Below, piece by piece: positions 1 through 12,486 of a stretch of 64,000 bases of DNA. Under the pieces are notes generated by a model. The model saw nothing but the letters and a program-made list of their open reading frames with translations. It was not told the DNA's origin and made no database searches. The stretch comes from Octopus sinensis (taxonomy: Eukaryota). Both the position numbers and the translations under genes were made by a program. The stretch is from NCBI RefSeq assembly GCF_006345805.1, contig NC_043023.1, positions 6,944,001 through 7,008,000 on the forward strand. The letters run 5' to 3'. How positions within the stretch are numbered: the stretch's first letter is position 1; every line of letters starts with the position of its first letter.

Positions 1-525
1 CCTTTAATGAGGACTTGACACAGTCCTTAAATTGCAGCCTTGGTTTCTGCCAGAGTCTCCTTCCATTCACAAGTTCTCCATAGAGCATCTGATAAGGAAT
101 CCTTCTATCCTCCATTTTAATACTTACATACATGCATACATACATACATACATACATACATACATACATACCTATTTCTTTATTACCCACAAGGGGCTAA
201 ACATAGAGGGGACAAACAAGGACTGACATAGGTATTAAGTTGATTACATCGACCCCAGTGCATAACTGGTACTTAATTTATCGACCCCGAAAGGATGAAA
301 GGCAAAGTCAACCTCGGCGGAATTTGAACTCAGAACATAATGACAGACGAAATACTGCAAAGCATTTCACCCGGCATGCTAACGTTTCTACCTCCCTACT
401 CACCCACACACACATGGACATGCAAGCACATGAATATACAGGATACATACATACAGATGCACACACACACACATACATACACATACATACATACACACAT
501 GCATGCATGCATAGGCACACACACA

Positions 526-556
<31 letters not shown>

Positions 557-1854
557 CACTGACCCATACACATGTGCACAAACAAACAAAAGGGAACGCA
601 GTGTAAATAATGGACAGAGTCAAGACTATTATGTTTGTTTATTAGCCACACAGGGCTGCACACAGACAGGACAAAATTACAAGGTAGAGCTTTTCTTTTG
701 GGGGCAAAAGAAGGGGGTTTGGTTTTCGATCAAAAGGGATCGTAAATGGAAAGAAAGAGGACAAAAAAAGGGGGGGATAAAATAAAATTTTTTAAAAAAT
801 AATAAAATTAAAAAAAAAAAAGACTATTAAAAAGGTTGCAAGATGCAACGAAAATTTTAATTCTAGGACAGCCTGTATTTACTCGTCCGAATAAAACGGG
901 AGAGGGATCATGGAGGGGACTAATTTCAGGTAGCAAGTGCAGCTTCCGGAAGTGGTCACACAGTCAAACTCAAATGGCAGTGAGTCACAACAGTAATTTG
1001 TTTTTCTATATGAACTATAGTTCAGACATGGAGGACATAGAAAGCAGACATGCTGTGGGGCCATGCTGCATTGCATAGGATTGGAAATGTGAAACATCAA
1101 CAGGGCACTTCTGGAGAATGGATGAATGGGTTTGTTGTACCTTTACCCAGCCACACGTACACGGACATGGCCCGGTGGTGCATGGGATGGTAACATAAAG
1201 CATCAGCAGGGCACCGACAAACATTTTAATGTTCTTCTCATTTCCTCTGCCAAATTGGACAAAAAGGTTTCCATGAACTATTATACTTATAATGCATAAG
1301 TAGTGTCAGTATTTTACCGTCGGAAGATGGTCTAAAACAAAGATAAAACTCAGTGCAGTATACTCAAATCTGATTAATCTGCATTTTGTTGAGGGGGTGG
1401 GGCTTATAGTGGCCATTGGAAATTTTTTCAGTGAACAGCAATTCAGGAATCCTGATTAATGTTTGTTGCAAATTTGGAGGAAAGCGACTGGATACTCTTC
1501 AAGTTATGGGCCTTAACACAGCAAAAATGCTTTAAAAATGCAGTTTATCTGACCCTGGGCCTGAAGTTGAAAATTTTCTTTGGCCCATGACACCCCATGG
1601 ATCCTATGTAATGCATGTGTAAAATTTCATTAAAATCAGTTGGGTGGATCTTGAGTTTTAATGACATGACAAACACACAGACAGACACACATCCTGTGTT
1701 TTGTATATATAGATTACAGCCACAAATGTATATTGAGTGCTCAACTACTTAGATTATTATTCAATGATTTGGCCATTCTGTGTGTGTGTGTGTTATTTTC
1801 TCATCTTTGTGCATCTATCTGTCTGTTTGTGCATCTCTTTCTCTCTCATTACAG

Positions 1855-1996
1855 CGGGACATCTGTGTACAACCTGAATGATGACGAAGACGATGACGAT
1901 GGTGCGACGAAGGAGAAGAAAGATGAAAATGATAGACTGAAAGTAAAGGTGAATGAACTCCGCGTCAAGATGGAACAGCTTAGCCTGACAAAGAAG
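1855..1996 (+). CDS. ZFAND4: ZFAND4 (AN1-type zinc finger 4/ANUBL1) internal coding exon; upstream exons lie outside the window
   Basis: Acceptor ctcattacag|, donor AAG|gtgcat. Encodes GTSVYNLNDDEDDDD...ENDRLKVKVNELRVKMEQLSLTKK, resembling the vertebrate ZFAND4 acidic patch and ...MNLSKK segment (recalled). Ends in phase 0, matching the next exon. Confidence 0.8.
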
Positions 1997-2190
1997 GTGC
2001 ATAGTTCAATTCCTACCAAAGACAGTTATCTTTTTTTTATCTTTTCTTTTTTATCTATTTCCTATTTCCAGTCATTAAACTTTGGCCATTCTGGAGGATT
2101 AAGGAATATCTCAACTCAAAATCTGTAAACAAGACTTGAATCAATAGTGTAAATTGTGAAATTAATTCTAATGATAATTTTCCTGAACTA

Positions 2191-2728
2191 CAAGAGTAAT
2201 CAAAAAGTAATGCCATTTTGTTTAGTACAGGTATAATTACCAACTCAGGAACATGTATTATACATCAAAATGAAACTGGTCCTCTGTGGATCACATCCCT
2301 ACTTCTCAACATAGTCACCGTTTCTTTCAATAGCAATGTTCCACCTTCGAATGAGAGCATGTATCCCTGCCCCGTAAAAACCTGTTGACTGTTCTTTAAG
2401 TGACTTCTTCACTACCTCCACACTCACCAGACTTCATCTCTTCGGTGCCATGAAAGAGGGTTTGAGAGGCAAACATTATTCCAGTGACGAGGAAGTGAAA
2501 ACTGTAGTGAAGAAGTGGCTCAAAGAACAGTCAACAGAATTTTACAGGGTAGGGATACATGCTCTCATTCAAAGATGGAACATTGCTATTGAGAGAAACG
2601 GTGACTATGTTGAGAAGTAGGGATGTGATCCACAGAGAACCAGCTTCATTTTGATGTATGATACATGTTCCTGTGTTGGTAATTATACCTGTCCTAAACA
2701 AAATGGCTTTATTTTTTACTCATCCTCA
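2191..2728. mobile_element. Mariner-derived fold-back element made of two inverted right ends
   Basis: 2191-2415 is the reverse complement of ~2503-2728. TA on both flanks. The right arm encodes the transposase C-terminus (..KEGLRGKHYSSDEEVKTVVKKWLKEQS..). Confidence 0.8.
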
Positions 2729-2889
2729 TAACTGTCAGTATTAGACCATTGCCCATCCTATGTATGACACCTGATACACGGAACTTATTTCCCTGGGGTC
2801 TATGCATCATATATAATACATGTTCCTAGTTTTTTATCAACCACCAGAGTAACTTGAGACTTATGAAAAGAAAGCTTTATATTTTTCAG

Positions 2890-3150
2890 AACATATGAAA
2901 CAGGAACATGTATCATACATCAAAATGAAGCTGGTCCTCTGTGGATCACATCCCTACTCCTCAACATAGTCACCGTTTCTCTCAATATCAATGTTCCACC
3001 TTCGAATGAGAGCATGTATCCCTGCCCTGTAAAATTCTGTTGACTGTTCTTTGAGCCACTTCTTCACTACAGTTTTCACTTCCTCGTCATTGGAATAATG
3101 TTTGCCTCTCAAACCCTCTTTCATGGGGCTGAAGAGATGATAGTCTGAAG
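2890..3150 (-). mobile_element. Mariner transposase C-terminal fragment (same family as 2191-2728)
   Basis: ORF 2954-3232: LTPSDYHLFSPMKEGLRGKHYSNDEEVK...IERNGDYVEE. Confidence 0.9.
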
Positions 3151-3394
3151 GTGTTAAATTTTTGTCGTATATATGTATATCTATATGTATGTTTGTGTGT
3201 CTGTGCTTGTGACCCCCAACATCGCTTGACAACCGATGGTGATGTGTTTACGTCCCTGTAACTTAGCAGTTTGGCAAAAGAGACTGATAGAATAACTGCT
3301 AGGCTTACAAAGAATAAGTCCTGGGGTTGATTTGCTCGACTAAAGGCGGTGCTCCAGCATGGCCACAGTCAAATGACTGAGACAAGCAAAAGAG

Positions 3395-3645
3395 TATGTA
3401 TGTATGTATGCATGTGTGTGTGTGTGTATGTATGTATATATGTATGCATGTATGTGTGTGTATGTATGCATGTATGTATGTGTGTATGTATGTATGTATG
3501 TATGTATGTGTGTATGTGTGTATGTATGTGTGTGTATGTATGTATGTATGTGTGTATGTATGTATGTGTGTATGTATGTATGTGTGTATGTATGTATGTG
3601 TGTATGTATGTGTGTATGAGTGTGTATGTATTTATGTATGTATGT
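3395..3645. repeat. (ATGT/GT)n microsatellite
   Basis: Direct reading. Confidence 0.9.
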
Positions 3646-4001
3646 GACTTATATTCACGTTGTAGCGGGACCTCACATCTCTTTCTCTCACTTTCCAGGT
3701 GAGCAAGCTAATATATTCACCTGTTCAGCAAGACACCTGCTCCTCTTCTTCTATCCTAGTTTCTTATTCCTCCAGTCTCTACCCCACACAGTGGAGGGGT
3801 CTTATCTGGTGCTGGTGCCATGCAAAGGGCACCCAGTAGATTCTGTTGAATGGTTGGCATCTGGAAGGGCATCCAGCTGTAAAACGGAAGCTAAATCAGA
3901 CAATGGAACTTGGTACTTAGTGTTGATCTAAATTTATTTTCAATATGTCTCTTAATTCTCAGAAAATTTTAATTTTTTATTTTCGTTTTCTGTCATTGCA
4001 G

Positions 4002-5309
4002 TTAACGTCATCACGACAAGTCACAGTACGTAGCCCGCAGCCACCACCCAACCACCAGGTACCCTCTAACCGTCCAGTTGCACAGCATCGTTTCCCTACG
4101 AGGGGAGACAACCTACCGAAAGTCGGAACCCTCAACCAGAAGCCTTTACTGCCTCCGCTGGGTAAGACTTTCTCTACATCGAACAGTAAGCTCTCAGCGG
4201 TGGATCCTAACTCTGGCTCGGATCCAGAGAGATCTGGAACGCCGGGACATCCTTGGCAAATTGCAAACATGAACACCAATTCCGGCTTTGGAGCAAGCCA
4301 AGTTGATTCATCAGTATTGGCAGGTAAAAAACTTCCTTCCTCCGAATCGGGAGGATATGGTAGTCGGTCAGGCAGGGTTGCGAACATCGCAAAGGGTCCT
4401 ATACGCAAGGCCCTGAGGTTTGTGACCCCTGAACATACGAGGGACGTTTGTGCAAAGCACAGGAGCCTCGATCCTCTAAAAACATCTGAGAGAACACACA
4501 CTTGCAGAGACACAGCTACCCCGCGATGGGAGCTGAAGCCGCCGCCAGCCGGTTCGGGTATTGGCAGGGGTGGCAGACAAAGAGCCACCTCGACCACGCC
4601 CAACACAACTGATTCCACCAACCTCCTTCTCTTAAATCACTCCAAGAACACCTCAGAACTGATGCCATCTGCAAGACTTAAATTTATTCCATCTTCAACT
4701 TGTCTTTCACCAACCGAGAGCTCTTCTGCGAATAGGTTACATGCCGATGGTAGTTTCAACCTTGACCCAAACTGTAACCCTAACTCTACGTCTAGCCCTC
4801 ACTCTCGTCCTAGCTCAAGCTCTAGCAATAACATCAATCATAACCCGAATCCTAACCCAAATTCTAATCTTTATTCCAACAACCACTTGTCCGAAGTAAT
4901 ATCCGAACATTCTCTTTTACCGGAAAAACACAAAAGCAGCATTCTGTCGACACCGACTGACCATCTAGACGAACTGGCCTTATTCTCGTCTGTTGGTCAG
5001 TCGGCCTTCATCTCAGCAGAAGAACTGGTTTCACATCCACAGCCATCAGTTGACCAGCATTTTTGTCGGTCGGCAGCGTCTGGAATGGGGCCAGGCGAAC
5101 AGAGCAAAGACTTTTTAGTTAGCAGTGGCTTGCCGGTTAAAGAACATCTCCCTGCTGTCAGTGGAACATTCCGGCAAGCCTCGTTCGAAAGGTTGGTGCC
5201 TTCACATACAGGAATATTTCTAAACCATGGTTCCAAGGGTAATTCCATAACAAAGTCTGGGACGAACAATTTATCTCGAAATACACAAGTATTGGAAGAA
5301 CCCACATTG
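4002..5309 (+). CDS. ZFAND4: ZFAND4 large low-complexity (S/P/N-rich) exon, 436 codons
   Basis: Lies within ORF 3945-5330. Acceptor tgtcattgcag| at 4001, donor TTG|gtaagt at 5310. Phase 0 at both ends, joining the flanking exons in frame. Confidence 0.85.
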
Positions 5310-5379
5310 GTAAGTGGAACCTTTTACTAAATAATTCTTCAGGGTTTTAGCATTTTTATTCTTACTCGTGATTAATCTA

Positions 5380-6660
5380 TGGTTAAAGACATTCCTGCTA
5401 TGCCACTCCAGTTTTTTTTTCTATTCAGGCATAGTGTATCTAGGACTACATTATCTAATGTATAGTAGTTATTATTAGTAGCTGTAGCTGTTATTTAGCT
5501 CCTAGTCAATCCTGATCTAGACAGACCTATGATCAAAGATGTTCCAGCTGTGACCATCCCCTCTTTTATTCAGACATAGTGTATCTAGGACTACATTGTC
5601 TTAATGTATAGTGTAGTAGTTAGTAGCTATAACTGTAGTTGTTTAGCCCAAGGCCAGTCCTGATCCAGCAGACCTATGATCAAAGATATTCCAGCTGTGA
5701 CCATCCCGGCTTTTATTCAGGCATAGTGTACCTAGGACTACATTATCTAATGTACAGTATAGTAGTTAGTATTAGTGGCTACAGTTGTTGCTTAACCCCA
5801 GGTCAGTCCTGATTTACCTACTTGTGATCAAAGGTGTTCCAGCTGTGACCATCCACTCTTTTATTCAGGCATAGTGTATCTAGGACTACATTATCAAATG
5901 TACAGTATACTAGTTAGTATTAGTGGCTGTAATTGTTGTTTAGCCCTAGGTCAGTCCTGATCTAGGAGACAGACCTATGATCAAAGATATTCCAGCTGTG
6001 ACCATACTGTCTTTTATTTAGGCATAGTGTATCTAGGACTATATTATCTAATGTATAGTATGGTAGTTAGCATTAGTGGCTATAGTTGTTATTTAGCCCC
6101 AGGTCAGTCCTAATCCAGTATACATATAATCAGTGATGCCCCAGCTGTGATGATCCTATCTTTTATTCAGGCATAGTGTATCTAGGGCTACATTATCTAA
6201 TGTACAGTATAGAAATCAGTATCAGTGACTCTAGTTATTGTTTAGCCCTAGGTCAGTCCTGATGCATCAAACTTGTGATCAAAGATGATCCAGATATGAC
6301 CATCCTGTCTTTTATTCAAACATAGTGTATCAAGGATTACATTAGCTAATGTACAGTAGTATCAGTAGCTATAGTTTTATTTTTAACTCTAAGTCAGTCC
6401 TGATCCAATGGACCTATGGTCAAAGATGTTCCAACTGTGACCATCCCAATTTTTTTTCAGACATAGTCTACCTAGGACTTCATTGTTTTAATGTATAGTA
6501 TAGTAGTTAGTGGTCAATTTAAGTGGCTATAGTTGTCGTGCTTGTTTAGCCCCAGGTCAGTTCCAGAACCAGCAGACCTATGATCAAAGATGTTCCAGCT
6601 GTGACCATCCTATCTTTTAATTGGACACTGTATATCTAGGACTATATCTGACAAGGGAGG
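5380..6660. repeat. Degenerate ~148-bp tandem array x ~9
   Basis: catagtgta landmark at ~5430, 5575, 5722, 5870, 6023, 6172, 6321, 6462. Confidence 0.85.
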
Positions 6661-7064
6661 GGAGTCAGCTGCATGAAAATTTCCTGACCCCACCCCACTG
6701 TCAGAAAACAGCTTCAGGAGTTGTGAAGAACGAATTTGTACGTAGTCTGTTTCTGAGAGCTATTCTATTGGACCTCTGTCTAATCATTAAAACGTTGATT
6801 TAATTATGAACATAGAAAGAAATTATACATTAATCCCTATTTTTGTAAGCAGTTGTATCCATAAAAAATTTTATTTGCAGAGAGCAAATAGGTATAGGCA
6901 TGGCTGTGTGGTAAGCAGCTTGCTTATGAATCCCTTGGTTCCAGGTTCAGTCCCACTGCGTGGCACCTTGAGAAAGTGTCTTCTACTATAGCTTCGGGCT
7001 AACTAAAGCCTTGTGAGTGGATTTAGTAGACGGAAACTGAAAGAAGCCCGTCGTATATATGTAT

Positions 7065-8044
7065 TGATATGCCACCCCTGAGACCCACGATGACACCACG
7101 GGCCCTAGCATGCGGCGCATGCGCTCAGTAAACCGGAAATCCACCACGGGAAGTGGGGAAGGCAGTGAATGCAGCCAGGACCAAGAACAACGGCAACAAC
7201 AAAAGAAACAAAGCGGAGTTGTGTAATTCAAACAATTTTTTATTTCAACAAAACAAAAGCATTCACAACAAAGGTTAACAAATCATGTAACATTTGACAC
7301 AATACAGTTCGTTTTTTTCCAAAACAAATCATTTACGTTTAACACAAAGTTCACAATTAACAGTCTCTTAAAGTTCCACTTTTCTCTTCTTTCTTTTCTT
7401 TTCTCTCTCTTCTTCTAACACAAAGTGAGTTCGTTCTGAAAGATTCCTTTTCAACAGTCTTTCTGCTTTTTTTTTAAACATTTACAAGTTCTTTTTTTTT
7501 CCTTTTCTTTTCAACAGTTTACGTCACAGAGTCTATTTTGTTTTTCATTTAAGCAACACAACGTTTCTCTTTTTTTTTTTCATTTAAACATCAGAATTCA
7601 AAACACAAATAAAAACATTACCAGCATGTTCCGCGTCTGCAACATTTTCTGATCCTCACAACTCCCACTACAACAACTTGCCTGGCCACTCGATTGTCAT
7701 CTCTCCCACTGACCGACTTCCGGTCTTCCGCTCACACTGGCCTCTTGTCCGGTCTCTCGCTGACTGCCTTGCAACTTAGGCTACCCGTATATATAACGAC
7801 CGGCAGCTAGAAAGAGAGACATATCGTACGACAACAGTGTGTATTTCCCTTGTCTTCTTTAAACTTTCTGTGACCATATGGGGCCAGAGTTCAGTGCATA
7901 CGGCCATTAATAATCATGCTCCTTGACAGGACAAAGGAAATACCACTGTCCTGAACAACTGGAGCGCCGGTTCGATTCCAACTAATGGAACAAGGGTCAT
8001 AATGTTTTTTTTGTTTGTTTACATTTTCCTTGGCATTTGTAACA
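7065..8044 (-). mobile_element. 3' LTR (~980 bp) of a Ty3/Gypsy element
   Basis: On the minus strand it starts TGTTACA directly after the purine tract AGGGAAGGAGTAG and ends ATATCA. A TATA-like box (~7790) lies upstream of AATAAA (~7240) in the expected order. Confidence 0.75.
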
Positions 8045-8886
8045 CTACTCCTTCCCTAGACTTATGTCGTCCTGACAAAAGCACACAACCTCGTAGCTCC
8101 TGACGACTTTCTCAACAGGTGGGCCTAATCTCTGAAGGCGTGCTCCAGCTGAATTGGCCAGACTCATGGTACTTCTACAGATGGTTCGCATGCACAGTTT
8201 TTGGAGAAGACCTCCTGCCTCCTCAAATCCGGTACGTCACCGTGTAAGGTCCCTCCCAAGGACTCTGCAGCTTCGGAGACTGCCCTCTCTTCCACCGGGG
8301 GTTATGAAACCACACCTCATCACCCTCCTTGAAGTCGATCTCACTAGCCCTGGTGTCATGCCGACGCTTCATCACCTCACCCGAAAATTTCAGAGCCTCT
8401 CTAACTTGTTGGTGTACCCCAGTCAGCCCCTTTTGCAGATGTTTCACATAGCTGGAAGTTTGGTTGTGAGCTTCTTCCAGCAGCTCAGGTCTCATCTTCT
8501 TGGATACCACCAACTGCCAATACTTATTAATGCCATCGGGTGTCTCCCAGCGCCTCTCAAGCAACCCAACATTCAGATAAAGAAGGTCCCACTGGCCCCA
8601 ATAGCTCTTAGTTTCAGGGCTGAACCTGGATACCTCCTACCAAGATGGTCTCGCTGCTTCCTGCTGCAGCCACTCTACCACTGGCCATAATTCGGCATCT
8701 TCCCTCTGTCCCCTCTGTACTCTTTCAGTTGACACATCTCCAGTCACTGTAGTACGTCTGCTCTTTGTACTTTGCACTTCTCCTCCTGCACAATGCTTGC
8801 AATCCAGCCCACAAGGACGACGACTCAAACTGTCCGCAACACCATGTACCTGCCCCAGATGGTGCAGTTGATTGAGGAGCAAAAAT
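8045..8886 (-). mobile_element. Ty3/Gypsy pol remnant (RNase H end and integrase with the core deleted)
   Basis: VADSLSRRPCGLDCKHC, QREDAELWPVVEWL, ELLEEAHN, and the GPY/F motif SPKLQSPWEGPYTV in ORFs 8637-8882 and 8223-8564. Confidence 0.9.
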
Positions 8887-9312
8887 CTGTGAAATACAGA
8901 AATATTTATTTATTACTGCCATCACCATCATCATCCTCATCATCATCATTTAATGTCCACATGTCTGTATGTGTCCAACAGAATTTGTTGAGTTGGATTG
9001 GATTTTCTATAGCAGGATGCCCTTCCTGTTGCCAACCCTTACTGTTTTCCAAGTATAGTAATATTTCCCCAAGGCCAGACATGTTTTCACAGAAGATTGG
9101 AAACAAAGGACACTGCTTGTATGAGGGTGACATTCATTTACAACTATTAAAGGAAGTCATAGCAAAGAAACAGTAACACACACAAAAACACACACATATA
9201 CACACACGCATTTTATATATACATATATATATATATATATATACACACATACACATATACATATACATGTATACATACATACATTCATAAATATATATAT
9301 GTATGTATATAC

Positions 9313-9725
9313 GAGTGGCTGTGTGGTAAGTAGCTTGTTTACCAACCACATGGTTCCAGGTTCAGTCCCACTGCGTGGCACCTTGGGCAAGCGTCTTCTA
9401 CTATAGCCTCGGGCCAACCAATGCCTTGTGAGTGGATTTTGTTGACGGAAACTGAAAGAAGCCCGTCGTATATATGTGTGTGTGTGTATATATATATGTA
9501 TGTGTGTGTGTATATGTTTGTGTGTCTGTGTTTGTCACCCCAACATCGCTTGACAACCAATGCTGGTGTGTTTATGTCACCGTAACTTAGCTGTTCAGCA
9601 AAAGAGACCGATAGAATAAGTACTAGGCTTACAAAGAATAAGTCCTGGGGTCGATTTACTCGACTAAAGTTGGTGCTCCAGCATGGCCGCAGTCAAATGA
9701 CTGAAACAAGTAAAAGAGTAAAAGT
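9313..9725 (+). mobile_element. tRNA-derived CORE-type SINE (family A), full length
   Basis: Head gagtggctgtgtggtaag...ggttcagtccc (A/B boxes), ccttgggcaag CORE-like block, internal (TA/TG)n, tail aaacaagtaaaagag. Confidence 0.8.
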
Positions 9726-9754
9726 AAGGAGTATATATATATATATATATATAT

Positions 9755-9808
<54 letters not shown>

Positions 9809-10589
9809 CAACAGGCTTCTTTTGGTTTCTTATTTCTTTACTGCCCGCAAGGGGCTAAACATAGAGGGGACAAAGACACAAAGGGATTAAGTCGATTATA
9901 TTGACCCCAGTGCATAATTTATCAACCCTGAAAGGATGAAAGGCAAAGTCGACCTCGGCAGAATTTGAACTCAGACGGAAGGGCTGATGAAATACTGCTA
10001 AGTATTTCGCCCGGCATAATTTCAGTTTCTATCAACAAAATCCATTCTGAAGGTTTTGGTCAGGCTAGCCACTATTGCAGAAGTCACTTACCCAGGGTGC
10101 CACACAACCATCATTGCAATGGCTGTAAAAAGATATTTACACCAAATGAGTGTGTTTATATGTGTCCATGAGAGATGTCTGTGTTAGCAGTGATTGTTGA
10201 TTGGTGAAGCTATCAAAGTCTGTAGCTGATGTTGAGTGGAGTAGGTTCTTACAGCATGTCAGTTACCAGACACACCATCCATATACAGCCGTTGCCTGTC
10301 TAAGAAAAGGTGCCAAAGACAAAACTGTTAATGACTTTCCAATGTGTCATGTATCCAATAATTAAATTCTTTACAACCACTGAAATTCTATTGAGTTAAG
10401 CATAGCCCAGCTATTGATAAAGATAAATTCTTAGTGTATCTACCAAGGACTTGAATGGCCAGCTGCTTGTTGATGTCATTAGTCCTTTACAGAAACTTGT
10501 TCATGTCTGAACACAATGATCTTGGGTTCAATTTGTAGACAGTAAGAGTTGGTGTTTGGGACTTTGCTAGTATTCCTGTTACAGTTATT

Positions 10590-11220
10590 TCCTTCTCATT
10601 TCATCTCTCTCTCTCTCTCTCTCTCTCTAAAGTCTTTCTCTCTATCTTTCCTCTTTCTCCCTGCTCTCTCTCCTTCTCTGTATGTCTCTTTTCCTCTCTC
10701 TGTCTCTGTCACTCTTACTCCCCTTCTCTCTCTAATCCCTCTCTCTCTTCCTCTTTTCTCCCTCCCTAATCTCTCTTTAATATTTTCCCTCAGTCTCTCA
10801 AATCTCTCCCTCTCTCTAACTCCCACTCTCTAATCTCTCCCTCCCTCTCACTAATCTCTCTCTTTTTCCTTCTCTCTAATATCCCTCCCTCTCTAATCTC
10901 TCTCCCCCTCTCTCTAATCTCTCCCTCTCTCTAATCTCTCCCTCCTTCTCTCTGATTTCTCTCTCTTTCTCCCTCTTTAATCTCCCTCTCTCTTTCTCCC
11001 TCTCTAATCTCTCTCCAATATCCCTCCCTCTCTAATTTCTCTAATATCCCTCCCTCTCTCTAATCCCTCCCTCCTTCTCTCTGATCTCTCTCTGTTTCTC
11101 CCTCTCTCTAATTTCTCCCTCCCTTTCTCTGATCTCTCTCTCTCTTTCTCCCTCTCGAATCTACCTCTCTCTAATCTCTCTAATCTCTCTCTCTAATCTC
11201 TCTCTCTCTTTCTCTCTCTA
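10590..11220. repeat. CT-rich low-complexity tract with recurring CTAAT
   Basis: Almost purine-free; ctctctaatctctc-type units. Confidence 0.9.
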
Positions 11221-11230
11221 CCATTTCCAG

Positions 11231-11397
11231 TCCTGCCAATTACAGCGGGTCTCTACAACACATGAACTTCCATCCCCTCGGCTATCATCAGCAAGCAGTC
11301 AGCGCCACCTACCTCCAGTGAAGTCGATAAAGAAATCCTCAAAACGATGCCTGACCTGTAGTAAGAAGACGGGGCTAGCATCCAGTTACCTGTGCAG
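11231..11397 (+). CDS. ZFAND4: ZFAND4 exon with first half of the AN1 zinc finger
   Basis: ccatttccag|TCC...TGCAG|gtatgt. Translates SCQLQRV...HLPPVKSIKKSSKRCLTCSKKTGLASSYLC(R). Absent from the ORF track. Confidence 0.92.
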
Positions 11398-11604
11398 GTA
11401 TGTTGCTTTTTCTCCTTAACACACTAACAATCTCTTTTATTAGACCCAGGTGGACAAAGGGTAAATGTCAGAGCAACACTCCCCTTGCAGGATTTGAACT
11501 CAAAACAAAAAGGGACATAAGTAAACACATCAATGCCTTGATAGATTAAAGGTCTCTCCTGAGCCCTAGGCTGTTATGACCAGTTTCCTAGATTCTGTGT
11601 TATA

Positions 11605-12210
11605 CTCTTTCTTTTACTCTTTTACTTGTTTCAGTCATCTGACTGTGGCCATGCTGGAGCACCGCCTTTAGTCGAGCAAATCGACCCCAGGACTTATCCT
11701 TTGTAAGCCTAGTACTTATTCGATCGGTCTCTCTTGCCGAACCACTAAATTACGGGGATGTAAACTCACCGGCATCTGTTGTCAAGCAATGTTGGGTGGG
11801 GACAAACACAGACACACAAAAATATACGCACACATGCATACACACACACACATATATATATATATATATGATGACTGGCTTCTTTCAGTTTCCGTCTACC
11901 AAATCCACTCAGAAGGATTTGGTCAGCCCGAGGCTATAGTAGAAGACACTTGCCCAAGCTGCCATGCAGTGGAACTGAACCCAGAACCATGTGGTTCATA
12001 AGCAAGCTACTTACCACACACTCACTCATATATATATATATATACACACACATATACGACAGGCTTCTTTCAGTTTCAATCTACCAAATCCACTCACAAG
12101 GCTTTGGTCGGCCCTAGGGTATAGTAGAAGATACTTGCCCAATGTGCCATGTAGTGGGACTGAACCTGGAACCATGTGGCTGGTAAGCAAGCTACTTACC
12201 ACACTGCCAC
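11605..12210 (-). mobile_element. SINE family A, one full copy plus one head half
   Basis: Reverse complement of the same consensus. Confidence 0.75.
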
Positions 12211-12486
12211 TTAATGAACTGACAAGGGAGACAAGCTCCTTACGGTTGCTGATGTAGCCAAATCATCAATGATTTTGCATTTTGATGCTTAATACATCTT
12301 TATGCTTATCAGTGGTTCTTACCTCGCCTAGGATTAAACTCAGCTTATCTTGTCAGCTTATAAGATTTCTGTAGTAATCATACACTGATTTCATAAATGG
12401 TAAAAGTGGTTATTGCCCTTTGTCAAACAATTCTGCTTGGAGGCCTCTGTTTCCATTTCAGAATGTCTTGATTGACGGGAGTCTAG

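Noticed and set aside
1015-1224. Additional ZFAND4 upstream exon
   Set aside because: No reading frame resembling ZFAND4 and no compatible phase-2 donor was identified.
3977-4621. 214-aa minus-strand ORF (and 59512-59856)
   Set aside because: Antisense shadows of real GC-rich exons; no recognisable domain.
5380-6660. Hammerhead ribozyme/retrozyme array
   Set aside because: CTGA-containing blocks lack the CUGANGA...GAAA core arrangement.
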